A stretch of DNA of 64,000 bases from Octopus vulgaris (GCA_951406725.2 OX597819.1:100688001-100752000), one strand, 5' to 3'. Counted from the stretch's first letter, positions 14,390-27,806 are shown. Notes: generated by a model not told the origin, from the letters alone. Numbers and translations: made by a program.

Positions 14390-14766
14390 AAATAAAGGGG
14401 GCGCCATGGGAGGGTAAGATCCAGGAAAATGTTGAATGCATGAGACAAGTTTTGATATGGAGTCCGAATCGCTCAGCTCGGATGCATTCCACTGAACTGT
14501 ACATTGGACGATTTGAAGGAAGTTTTTCGAGTGGATGTCACCCAAATAGACAGAGCAATGCTGGAGAGAGTGGAGGACAACTTCCTAGAAGACTTTCAGA
14601 AATACATCAATGGAAACGGACACCGCATGATGGAAGTTGTTATCCACACTTGATTTGACGAAGGTTAATTCAATACAAACACATTGATGTCAATAAAATT
14701 TGTTTGTATCAAAAATGAATGATTTTGTGAATTTTCAAAAACGTCCATCCTCTCTGCCACACCCTG
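14390..14766 (+). mobile_element. Internally deleted Tc1/mariner element, same family as 6858-7390
   Basis: ENVECMRQVLIWSPNRSARMHSTEL remnant. C-terminal LERVEDNF..FQKYINGNGH remnant. Right TIR ...aaaaacgtccatcctctctgccacaccctg followed by TA. Confidence 0.8.
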
Positions 14767-15193
14767 TATATATATATATATATATATGCATATATATATG
14801 TGTGTGAGTGTGTCTTTTTGTGTGCGCGCGTATGTGCGTGTGCGTGCGTGTGACTGCATACGTGCTAGTGCGTACGGGCGTGTGTCTGTGTATGCGTCTC
14901 TGGGTCCGTTTGTCTGTCTGTCGGTGTATCAGATCTCTCTGACCCTTATATAACCACAATCAACCATTCCCTATCGAATTACGGAGGTCACTATATATTG
15001 TCTTCCAATTCTAGATTATATTTCCGTCTGACCTGCATCGTTCATATTTCTGTTTTCATTTACTGACCCTTCAGTTTGCGCTCCACCAGAACTTTATATT
15101 TTGTCTCTTTTTTCTATCATAAAAGTACCAGTTTATTTAAGTCTCCAAGTTCTGTCTTTATACACACGTACACACATACACATACACACACAC

Positions 15194-15283
<90 letters not shown>

Positions 15284-15359
15284 ATAAAGGTACAACGTGG
15301 AAACAGAGAAATAAACCGGTCCCTTTATATACATATATGTATGTATGTATGTATGTATT

Positions 15360-15395
<36 letters not shown>

Positions 15396-15529
15396 CAGAT
15401 AGACAGCTAGGTAGATAGATAAACAGATAGATAGAGAGATAGAGATAGAGAGAGAGAGATAGAGAAAGATATATATATATTCATACACACACACGCGCGC
15501 ATATATATATATATACACATATAGATATG

Positions 15530-15607
<78 letters not shown>

Positions 15608-15761
15608 AGTTCTTGTTTCGTCTCCGATTCTATTATTCTGTCTTTATTTATTTTGGATTGTATGTCTTTTATTCGCTATCAAAATCACTCTTTCTATATT
15701 TCCTCTTTGCACTCTCCTAAATTTATATTTGCTCATTCATCTCTCCTTTGCAATGCGTCAA

Positions 15762-15762
<1 letters not shown>

Positions 15763-15830
<68 letters not shown>

Positions 15831-15904
15831 CATCATTATTATTACTATTATTATTCTCATTATTATTATTATTATTATTGTTATTATTATTATTATTATT
15901 ATTA

Positions 15905-15936
<32 letters not shown>

Positions 15937-16014
15937 GTATTCTTGTTTTCTATTCTTCATTTCTTGGTTTTACTCTTGCCGCTGACTTTGTTATTGTTGT
16001 TGATTTTAGTATTT

Positions 16015-16058
<44 letters not shown>

Positions 16059-16059
16059 G
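15763..16059. repeat. (TTA)n and (GTT)n tracts
   Basis: Direct reading. Confidence 0.95.
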
Positions 16060-17093
16060 CTTCATATGTGCCATGAACCAGCTTAGCTATTTGATAATCT
16101 TATCTAATTTGAAATGACCCGGGGACATTTAAGGTGTCTGAACACGTTGTCCTCTGCAAACATTCATAGCCGCTTTTTGCATATTGGACTAATATTTTCT
16201 ACGTGCTTTTTTCGCGTTATAGAGTACACCCCGTCCATACGTTTCCATTTCTCACTTACTTTCCAATACACACAAACACATACACCAGCATATGCAAATA
16301 TACGCACGTACACACATACTGGCACGCACGCACGCACACACTACATATCTGTAATGAACAAATAAAGAGAAAGCAAAAAATATATAAACAATACAATGTA
16401 AAAGAAAAGATATAAAATGTAAAGCGAAATGCATGTAAAAATTAATATATGAAGAGAGGAGAAAGGGAGAAGGGGAGAGGGGAGAGATAGAAGAATACAA
16501 TTATAGCGAGAGAGCAAGAGTGAAGAGAAAAAGAAAGAGAATGAAGCTGAGAAAGGGAATGGGAAAAGAGAACGTAATAGAAAAGAGTATGGCAGTTGTA
16601 GAGCTGCATACCCAAACATATATTGCTTGTCATAGCACACGCTCATCATGACACGACCAGAGCGCCCCTCAGCGGCACGAGTGACGGCCATGTCAACAGA
16701 AACGGGCGGGAAAAAAACACGGACCTTCAGACATTTTGTTTGTACTACATCTAATGTGAGCTTTTAATTTGCAAGCTAAAATCTTTACTGAGTTAGTTTG
16801 AACTATGGCAGAGCGTAAGGGAGAAAACTGATTGACAACTTAATATTATTTCAACAAAGCAACGCATTCATGAGAGTGTAGTTGTGTACATGTGAGCGTC
16901 TGTATGTGTTTCTGTATAAGTTTACATATGCATATACGTATGTATATATATGTGTGTGTGCATATAGGTTAAGCTTTATGAAATTATGAGACTCAATGAT
17001 GATAGATGGTACTGTATGCGTAGAAATTTACAGCCGCCATTGTTTATACAAATGCATACATACATATATAATTGCGTGTAAATATGTAACTGC

Positions 17094-17134
<41 letters not shown>

Positions 17135-17653
17135 ATGCCTAGGTATATAAATATATTCCGTGTGTATGAGGTTGAAGTGGGATGTTATATGCATAAAACA
17201 CACACTCGCGCGCACACACAGTCAGGCACACACACTCACACACGCACACATACAGAGCCACATACATACATTTATATATTTATATATGTATTTATATATA
17301 TGTATAAGTATATATGTATGTAAATATAGTTATATATATATGCGCGCGCGCGTGTGTGTATAAATGTACATATGTGATTGTGTGTGTGTGTTTATACATC
17401 TGTGCGTGTATTTGTGTATATATGGTTGTCCGTAATATTGATATGAATCTGACTTTATGTACAGCCTGACACGTTCCTATTTGAGGGGCTGTGTGTGAAT
17501 ATTAGCAACTTACACTTTGGGTGTTTGCTTAGAGATGCATATGTTAGAGGGGAATACTTACAAGACAAATGTGAATAGGCAAGTTTGAATTTGACTGCAT
17601 GCAGTGAGCTTCAGTCAGTAATTATACTCAAACACAGTGAGAGTCACCAATGT

Positions 17654-17717
<64 letters not shown>

Positions 17718-17783
17718 TATATATATGTATATATATAAATATATGTATGTATGTGTATACATATATATATGTATGTATATATT

Positions 17784-17856
<73 letters not shown>

Positions 17857-17892
17857 CAAGACGGACATGTACCTAGCTAGCCACCTAGATAC

Positions 17893-17949
<57 letters not shown>

Positions 17950-18099
17950 AAGATAGATAGATGTGTGTTGTTCTGTATATATACGTCAAAATAGTGATCA
18001 TTTTACTTAATACAGTCCATATATTGTGAAGTATACTTAAAAAATATACTTTATAAGAGAATCGAACTTTATGTCCAAATGTGAACATGTGTGTGTGTA

Positions 18100-18152
<53 letters not shown>

Positions 18153-18479
18153 ACTTTATGAACGACAAAATTGGATGATATTGTATGCATGCTGCAAAAC
18201 GCTTTTAGCCTGCCGTATTTCGTTTAGGAAAGGCCCTGTAGAGTTTTAAGATACACTGTATACTTCAAAGCCGGGCGAAGTAATTCGCCCGGAAGTGAAT
18301 GAGAGCGACCATCACACCGGAGTAAGTTTTAGTGTGAATATCATGGAGATACACAGAAACATTTCAAGATGAAATGATACTACGTATTTGACTGTATATT
18401 TGCACCGTTCTAAAGCTCTTTACACATACACACACACCCCAATTTAGCAAATAGTTTGCATAACATATATCAAGAAAAG

Positions 18480-18527
18480 GTCTTACAGCTGTTTCCGGGA
18501 TATTTTATATATCCCTTCATCAGAGAC
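18480..18527 (-). ncRNA. Minimal type I hammerhead ribozyme with intact core (PLE-type)
   Basis: Minus strand GUCU-CUGAUGA-A-GGGAUAU/AUAUCCC-G-GAA-ACAGCUGU-A-AGAC. Stem I is 4 bp, stem II is 7 bp, stem III is palindromic, and the cleavage triplet is GUA. Confidence 0.8.
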
Positions 18528-18621
18528 GGTGCGAGAAAATATTTGAATATTAATTATTGTAGAGAAGATATGAAATACAGAGGGAACGCAATACACCACA
18601 GGGACAATACACCATATCTGG

Positions 18622-18722
<101 letters not shown>

Positions 18723-18774
18723 GGATGTGTGTATACAGCGACATTTTATATAAATAAACGACTGAAAAATAATG

Positions 18775-19378
18775 AGCTAAACCTAGCTAGAATCGAAACC
18801 ACATTTCAAGGTTTACATAGCCTCAATTGCAACCGATTGGGCCAAAATCTCACCCATCAATTTCACCCAAATTTTATGGATATGCACTTTAACTCTCTAA
18901 TAATACATATAATATTTGTAAACAAACTCGAAATGTTTTGTAAGTTACGGAGGCGTGTAAGCGTTGATATCTGTGCTCGATTCCGGCTAGGGTTAGCTCA
19001 TAATTTCCAGTCAATTGTTTATATAAAATGTCCCTTTAAATCGGAGAATATATATTATTATTATTATTGTACTAAGGGACAACAAAATTCGCTTTCTATC
19101 TGTAACTTACAAGGCCTCTAGGGTACTATTATATTTTGGGTACTATTATATGTACTATTAGAGAGTTAAGGTATATATTTCGCTGAAATTGATGGGTAAG
19201 CGTTTGGCACGATCGGAGGCGCATGAAGCCTGATAAGCATTCATATATGGGTTCGATTCTGGCTAGAGATATATCTTTTATTTTTCTGTCAATTTTTGAT
19301 ATAAAATGTCGCTTTAAATCGGAGAATATATATTATTATTATTATGATATATTAATATATAGTTATTATTGTACTAAA
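18775..19378. repeat. Decayed inverted-plus-direct repeat structure
   Basis: 18780-18914 is an imperfect reverse complement of about 19141-19270. 18978-19076 is directly repeated at 19253-19378. Confidence 0.7.
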
Positions 19379-19454
19379 AGTCTTCCGTGGCTGCTTGCGC
19401 TACATAAACTACAAAATTTTTGTGCTTGCTTACAAATATTATATATATATATAT

Positions 19455-19795
19455 AAAACAATTGCAGCGTGGAAGGTGTTTGTAAGCCATTTAAGAAACA
19501 CACAAAAGCCGTTCGATTCACTTCAACATTTAAGTTTAATTTGTCAAAATATTTTTGTCGCTAAAATCCGCGACCTGTTCACTGACAAAAAATCCGTGCT
19601 GCATTTTTGTCAGTGAACAGGTCGCGTATTTTAGCGACGAAAATATTTTGACAAATTAAACTTAAATGTTGAAGTGAATCGAACGGCTTTGTGTGTTTCT
19701 TAAATGGCTTACAAACACCTTCCACGCTGCAATTGTTTTCGTTTCAGCACACGGTCTCAGATTAAATCACTTGCTATGCGAGTACATCTCCGTAA
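19455..19795. mobile_element. Foldback element in (TA)n with ~137-bp inverted arms, a 12-nt spacer and a 56-nt tail; probably PLE-derived
   Basis: 19455-19591 is a near-perfect reverse complement of 19604-19739. Each arm contains an HHR-architecture motif. Confidence 0.85.
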
Positions 19796-19803
19796 TATAT
19801 ACA

Positions 19804-19856
<53 letters not shown>

Positions 19857-19864
19857 ACGTATAT

Positions 19865-19898
<34 letters not shown>

Positions 19899-20249
19899 GT
19901 GTGTGTGAGTGTGTGCATTAATGTGCGTGCTTGTTTATGTGTATGGGCACTACATGATTACAGGCAACAACTCTAGATTTTTTAGTGATTTAAAAATAAT
20001 TCGTAAAGAAAGAATGGACGATAGCAATTTAATCTTTCAAGTGCTGAGACTCCTGGAATCATAGGTGCAGCACCGCAGAGTGGTTGGTTGCAACTGTAGG
20101 GGTAGAGTTGTCTGAAGGTGGAACTGGTTGAAATGAAGAGCTTTGATAAAGAATTCTGCTGTGAGAGGTATGTGTGTGTATGTGTGTGTGTGTGTGGTGG
20201 GGGTCAACAGTAGACAGAAAGAAAAAAAAGCTGTAATGATTTTGAGGAT

Positions 20250-20715
20250 GATAATGATAATGATGATGATGACGATGATTATGATGATGATGATGATGAT
20301 GATAATGATGATGATGATAATGAGGATGATGACGATGATGTTGATGGTGTTGATGATTATGATGATGATGGTGGTGGTGGTGGTGATACTGGTGCTGGTT
20401 GTGGTGGTGTAAGTTTTGTTCATCAACATGATGACTCTGGCGGTAGTGGCGGTTGCAATCTCAAATTCAAGAAATTTTTCTCCTCCACCTCCACCTCCTC
20501 CTCCTCCTCATCATCATCAACAACTTGATCATTTTAATCATAATTTTATTTTCAACATCACTATCAATACTAGTGCTATCAACATCATCATCATTTTCAT
20601 CAGTTGCAGCGGTAGTGGTGGTGGTGGTGGTGGTGATGTTGATAGTGGTCGCGATCGTGGTGAAGGTAGTTGTCGTTGTCATAGAAGGAGTAAATACTGA
20701 TGATGGTGATGAACC

Positions 20716-20794
<79 letters not shown>

Positions 20795-20960
20795 AATAAG
20801 GATGATAATTGTAGTGATTTTGGGTGAAGATGTAAAGACGAATTCGGGGAACCTGGTGTTAACGGTGATGGTGAATGTGACGTGGGGACTATGAATATGA
20901 CGATGATGGTGGTTGTGCTGGTGGTGATGGTAGGGTTGTGAGTATGATGATCACGTTAAC
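20250..20960. repeat. Mixed (GAT/GGT/CAT/CCT)n trinucleotide region
   Basis: Direct reading. Confidence 0.9.
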
Positions 20961-21461
20961 AATATATGAGATAATGGTGATGATGTACAATAAATGTAAA
21001 CATAAATCCGTTAGTGAGATTGGTCGATGGTATTTTAGGATGGGTTGGAGGTGCTTGTTTGTTTCTTCCTTGTCCTTTCCTCTCTACGTATTTGTTTATT
21101 ATTTAATCGGGAAGTGAATTAAATTGTCAAATTATCAGTGTAAGGCTGTACAATATTTACTAATTGTCTGTGGAATGTGCTGCAGAAGCATACGAAGCCT
21201 GGCCGTGTACATGTAAATCAATACATAGTGAGATGCATAGATACATAGATTCATGCATATATACATAAATGCTTACACACACACAAAAACACAAACACAC
21301 ACACACATATATGTATATATGCACACACACACATATGCATATGCATAGATCGATAGTTGAATGCATTTACGCTTGTGTGAGAGCCTATATATGTTTGTAT
21401 ATATGCACATATGTATATATGTATACGTGTATACATGTATCTATCTATCAGTCTATCTATC

Positions 21462-21497
<36 letters not shown>

Positions 21498-21588
21498 CAT
21501 GCACAATGCCCATAGATAAGCACAAGCACACACATATACATATTTACATACATACATACATACATGCATACATACATACATACATAAA

Positions 21589-21622
<34 letters not shown>

Positions 21623-21654
21623 CATACATACAAACATACATACATACATACATA

Positions 21655-22775
21655 CATGCTGTCCAACTCAGGTCTTACACAACATCGATGATATCCTAAA
21701 AGCCTTGGGAACAGGTTCGAACTCTGATGTCATAAATAAAGCGTTTGACAGAGTCGACCATAATATCCAACTCTCAAAATTGACAAATGTTGGAATCCGT
21801 GGAAAACTAGTAAACTGGATTGAGTATTTCCTTGAGGAGAGAACACAACATTTTTTGATTGGTGGAAACCAGCAAAAGTCAGCAGTGATGTCCCTGAGGG
21901 GAATGTCGTCTCTTTATAGTCTATATAAACGGCCTTTCCTGTATCATAAAACACAACAAGGTGAAAATATTCGCTACTGATTCTCTAGTCCCAGAAAATT
22001 ATCAATGAGGAAGAAGACCGAACTGAACTCCAGTCTAATCTACTTGCGGTGAGTTAATGGGCACACAAAAACAAAATGCAACTAAACGAGAGAAAAATTG
22101 AACTGATGCATTTTGGAAGAAAGACTATACTAAAACAGCCATACTCTCTTCCTTCAGAGGGAAGCACACACATCATCAAATAATATCAGAGACCTAAGAG
22201 TAATTGTTGACAATAAACTCAGATGGAGTACCTATAGTTCCTAGGATGAGCTTTTGGATCCTAAGAACATTCCGGTCGAGAGAACAAGGTGTCATCATTC
22301 CTCCTTTCTCTTCATTTCTACGCCTACACCTTGAGGACTGCTGCCCCCCTGTGCTCTCCCCATATAAAACAAAACATTTCGAAAATTGAATCACGCCAGA
22401 TGACATTCACTAAATAAATTAGGGGCATAACTGATCCCGATTATTGGGATCGCCTCAAAGCATTGAAACTCTACTCTCTCCAGCGCTGCCGTGAGCGATA
22501 CATCCTTGCACGTTGTGGAGAATATACAATCAGCATTGGTCAAACGACCTCAACGTTAGCTTCAACATTTATTCAAGTTTAGGACGACCCCTACCCAATT
22601 CAGGATCAGAGCACATAAATACATTTCAATACAATTCTTTTCCTCAACAGGCCCTGCCCTATATAACATTGTCCCAAAACGTATCAAAAAAGAAAAGGAT
22701 CCCATCACCTTTAAAGGGAATCTGAGCAAATTTCTTCATGGAATACCAGATATGTCACCTATACCTCTACTATAA
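21655..22775 (+). pseudogene. Decayed CR1-like LINE reverse transcriptase fragment
   Basis: KAFDRVDHNIQLSKLTNVGIRGKLVNWIEYFL, WILRTF, RLHLEDCCP and LKLYSLQR remnants with frameshifts. The 3' half is homologous to 60507-61171. Confidence 0.9.
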
Positions 22776-23041
22776 TTCAGTTATATTTTATTTACATGTC
22801 TAAGAATCTGCCCTTCGTAAATATTATGGACTGCATATTTAATATAAGGTACATGCCGGAATACTTCAAGAGCTAATTCCTTTACTCATCTGGATCGAAT
22901 AGTCTACATACACTGCATGAATATCATTCGGCTGATACTTATGTATCATATTTGATTGTTGTGTGTAGATATTATTCCGACCTAACGAAGTGCCTCAAAT
23001 TTAAGTACCTAAATCAACTGAATCTTACTTATATTATTACA

Positions 23042-23177
<136 letters not shown>

Positions 23178-23621
23178 TTATATATATATATCCAGCGGGC
23201 TTTTTTCAATTTCCGTGTACTTAATCCACACACAAGGGCTTGAATACACACAAACACGTATACATATTGTACTAATTAGCGAGAAACCAGGAATATTGTT
23301 TGAATTTAGTTCTTATTCAAGTATATTCTTGGAGAGGGATCATAAAACTTCTGTGTACAGGGTAGTAGGGTTTGAGTTGAAAAGGGATATGACTATAGTT
23401 TTTGTGTCACTTAAACATACTGTCGCCTTGAACATACATTAAGAACGACTATCAAAAACTTGAATACTTAGTTCACCTCATACACTTGAATGGGTGAAAC
23501 AACTGAACAAAGCTGCATATGTACTACAAATGAATCCACTAAATGAACATAATGCCAGATGAAACGTCACTATGTCACTTATCCAGCAGAAAAACTTATC
23601 AGATTGAGCTTGAACGAGAAT

Positions 23622-23838
23622 AATAATCCTATGTCCTGAGGGCAAAAGGCTTGAAATTTTGGGAAGGGAACTAATCCGTTACATCGGCCTAGTGTTTCAC
23701 TGGTACTTAATTTATCGACTCCAAAATGGTGAAAGTCAAAGTCGACCTCGGTGGAATACAAACTCAGATCGTAAAGACGGACGAAATGCTGCTACGCATT
23801 TTGCCCAGCGCTCTAACGATTCTGCCAACTCGCCGCCT
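23622..23838 (-). mobile_element. SINE family A
   Basis: aacgattctgccaactcgccgcctt is the reverse complement of the family A head. The central domain ggtacttaatttatcgac is also present. Confidence 0.88.
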
Positions 23839-25136
23839 TTTTGATGAGAATAATAATGTAATTAAATTATTCTTGAAGATACACAATTCTTCTTTATGTT
23901 TTGATTACATGCACAAACACATAGAGGCGCCCATGCAGCCCTCCTCACACTCAAACACACACACACACAAACACATACAGACACACAAACACACACACAC
24001 ATACACACATTTGTGACAGATTTGCAGGCATGTGATGGAAGATCTCGAAGATCAGCGGATATAACAGAGGATGTCATTAGTAACTATATGAACATTTATT
24101 GATATATTGCAAGTCATTTGCAAGTTACGACCCGCTTATATATTTCTGACTGTATTCCTGCTTTTTCTACTTTTCCTTACAATTTTCACCCCATTTACTT
24201 TGATTGTTACAAGAAAACTTTCTCTTCTTTCTTTTTTTTTTCTTCAGATAATATTATGATATCTTCGAATCTCGTTCCATTCCTTAGACTTGTTCTCTAA
24301 TTTGTTGTCGATTTTCTCTTCACTTCTATTTTCTTTTGTACTGTCTTCATTTCATTGCCCAATGTTCTTTCGTCTTATAGCCTTACTTTTCCCCTTTATC
24401 TATCGTTTTCCCCACTTCTCAATTATTTTCTTTCACTTGTTTTTACTTCTGCTTACCACTTTCATCTATTTATATAATATTTTCTCTGAGTTTTTCTTCT
24501 CCTGAACATATTGTGTAACAGCTTTCATTTCAAACTTTTTAATATAACCTGGAGAAATTTCCATCGGTTTTTAACTCATCCTGTGTTTATCACATATAGT
24601 TTTATGACGTCTTCCTATCCCCTTTTAGGTATTATAACACATGATTATCACGATACGCCATAAGAGTTACAAGAAGATGCCTCAAAGTTACAAAACATTG
24701 TTTAAGGTCACGCAGAAATAACACGTGATATCTTACAAAATAAATGATAATAATAACGGAAAATCATTTGCAAAGTTAAAAAGAGATGTAGCAGCATTAA
24801 TACAAACATCACAAGGTCCATCTAGGCTACACCTAAAATATTTTCTGTATTGTTATTGTAGCTTTAGCTCCTTTGTAAAATACGATTTATATTCTTTCCT
24901 ATCCGTGCGAATTCCCTTTCGAATAACTGTCGTAATATATTTTCATTCCATTTTAATACAGCAGTAAATAGTCAGAGATACATGCAAACTATTTTCAGCT
25001 AGACTTTTATAACGAAAGATACTGTATATGAGCGCTTCTTAAGTTAGAAATGGAAGTCAAATCTTTGCCTAAGCCCATAACATGCTACTTAGGAAAATGA
25101 TTTGTATATACGTATATCTTTACGTGTGTGCATGTG

Positions 25137-25167
<31 letters not shown>

Positions 25168-25489
25168 ATGTGTGTGTTTGTGTGTGTGTGTGTGTGTGTG
25201 TTTGTGCGTGTATGTGCGTGTATTTATATATAAACGTCTGATTTTTTGCTAACTTATAAAAACAATTGTGCATGAGATTACACAATATTTTATCTGGAAC
25301 ATATATGCGAGAAAGAGAGAGAGAGAGAGAGAGAGTGTGTGTGTGTGTGTGTGCGTGCGTATACGATGGAGTTCTGGATGTGATGATTGTCGTGGCGTAA
25401 TACAAAAGGTGTCTTATACATCGTATTATACACGGTATATATAAAGTGATTAGGCTCTCAATACATTCAGTATGACAGACCCCAATCCA

Positions 25490-25557
25490 CAGTAGCAGTT
25501 GTGGTAGTAGTCATAGTAGTAGCAGCAGTAGTAGTAGTAGTGGTAGTAGTAGTAGTG

Positions 25558-25606
<49 letters not shown>

Positions 25607-25630
25607 CAGCAGCAGCAGCAGCAGCGGCAA

Positions 25631-25663
<33 letters not shown>

Positions 25664-25685
25664 CAGTAGTAGCAGCAGCAGCGGC

Positions 25686-25758
<73 letters not shown>

Positions 25759-25774
25759 ATAGTAGTAGTAGTAG
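25490..25774. repeat. (TAG/CAG)n tract
   Basis: Direct reading. Confidence 0.95.
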
Positions 25775-26593
25775 TTCATGTTCTCTTGCCAAAAACAATC
25801 GGTGTGACGGTTCAATTCACGGCAACCACCATAATATTACATACAATAAGCCAGCAGTTAAGAAGTTGGCTATTTTTCCGCGCTAATGTATCGGGTCGTC
25901 GTGTGACAAGGGATGAAATAAATGAGACAGAGACATATTTCATTTATTCCGCTTTCATAAAGCCGTATAGACAACAAGAACACCACCAACAACAACAACG
26001 CCAATACTGTCAAAAGGGAAAAAGAAGAACAGCAACAAACGCAATATTACAAACAACAACAGCATCATCGTTTAATAACACCAACAAACAATTTATCGTG
26101 CAATAATAAAAAGGTCACAGGAATTATCATAAAGGATAGAGCGATTAAAAATCTAGCAATAAAACACAATCTTGATCCCGATAATCGGTGACAATAGAAG
26201 ACTGTGCGGTCACGTGCTAGATGGATGATAGGTGAATGTGAGTGGGGAGAGGTCGTATTTAGGAGTCATAACGATGTGTGGTGTATGTGTGTGTGTGTGT
26301 ATTTGAGTGTAAGTGTGTGCTTGCGTGCGTGTAAAATATGGTGGAATACCGGAGTATGGTGATGGTGGAAAAGTAATGATGTGTAGGTCAGCGGTGTGTT
26401 AGGTAGGAAAACTCGCTATATTTTGGTCATAATACCAACCACGCGGAATGGATCATGGGATATATGTGTGTTTGTCTTCGTTTGAGTCTCATTGGAGGCA
26501 TTCGCTTATATCCGTACATTCATATTCATGCGTGTGCATATGAAAATATATTCACACTTAGATATATTTATATATATATGTAAATATATTTAT

Positions 26594-27472
26594 ACAAGGT
26601 CTGATCAATAAGTATCCGGACTGTTGCCATAGTAACAAACTTAAAGCACGCAGAGTGAAGCAGCTTAGCACAAATTGACCTTGAACTCTGCTGTGCATGC
26701 GCATTAAGTTTGAAACGTTCTAGTTCACTTCCTTTATTGACAACAGTGCTTGGAATAAAGGTGTGTAACGTGTGATCGTCGCATTGACTATGACTGAGAT
26801 AGTTGTCTTCGCGATACTTGCTCAGAGGCTTACGCAAAGTTGCAGAAAATATATGAAGAGGAATGTATGAGCCGCACACAAGTGAACGAATGGTTCAGAA
26901 ATTTCAAAGATGGCCGAAAAATGTCGATATACACGAACCTTTTAGGAGAACCGCAACCATCAGAACTGAGAAAAGCATCGAAGATATGGGTGCAGCTGTG
27001 AGGGAAATTTCGTCGAATCACAATCCATGAGTTATCGGAGGATGAGCAAATTACTTACGGTCCAGTTCAGTGGTCCATTATCACTGAGGACTGGGGTAAG
27101 ACACGTGTGTCTGCTAAGCTTGTACCAGAACTGCCTTCAGCTGGCCAAAAAGACACCCGGGTTTCAGTTGCACAAGATCTCATTGATTGTGTCGAGAACG
27201 ATGAGAACTTTTCGAAAACTGCGTAGGCCTGTGAACAGATATCGTGAAGATTTGGGCAAAATTTTGTGCAGATTCTCTACTCGACGTTCTCTGTCGTAAT
27301 CAATGCGACGATCACAAACCTTTATTCAAAGCGCTGCTGTAAACAGCGGAAGTGAGCTAGGACCTTAAAACTTATTGCGCATACACAACAGAGGTCATAG
27401 TCATTCTGCACTAAGCAGATTCCCTCAGCGTGCTTTAGCTTCATTACTATGGCAATAGTCCGTATACTTTTA
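26594..27472 (+). mobile_element. Non-autonomous mariner element with ~200-bp imperfect TIRs and a transposase N-terminal remnant
   Basis: 26594-26795 is the reverse complement of about 27290-27472. Internal MSRTQVNEWFRNFKDGR and RVSAKLVP (WVPxxL-like) remnants. The catalytic domain is deleted. Confidence 0.88.
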
Positions 27473-27512
27473 TATATATATATGCATACTAATATTGTTC
27501 TCTCCCAAAGAG

Positions 27513-27770
27513 TATGCATACTAATACTATTCTCTCCCAAAGAGTCTGAGGAACTTGCACAAAGTAGATGTAGGGGTTTTTAAATCAAAGCTGAACTTCT
27601 TCCTGTCGAGAGTCCTTGATGAGCCTACCACACGGCAAGAGGTGCAAATGAGGGTAGCTATATCAAACTCCATTCTTCATCAAGTGCCACATATTAGAGA
27701 AGGCTCCTAGTGTAGCGCAAAACGGCGGTGCATCAGCATGGCTGCAGCTCTGAGCTGAAACTTTAAAAAA
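27513..27770 (+). mobile_element. 3' end of a CR1-like LINE (second family)
   Basis: LPKSLRNLHKVDVGVFKSKLNFFLSRVLDEP...SNSILHQ resembles a CR1 ORF2 C-terminus. The 3'UTR is ggcggtgcatcagcatggctgcagctctgagctgaaac. Confidence 0.8.
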
Positions 27771-27771
27771 G

Positions 27772-27806
<35 letters not shown>

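Noticed and set aside
6858-14766. 7.9-kb composite transposon bounded by matching Tc1 TIRs
   Set aside because: Both ends contain the same internal and 3' segments, so they are two separate deleted copies.
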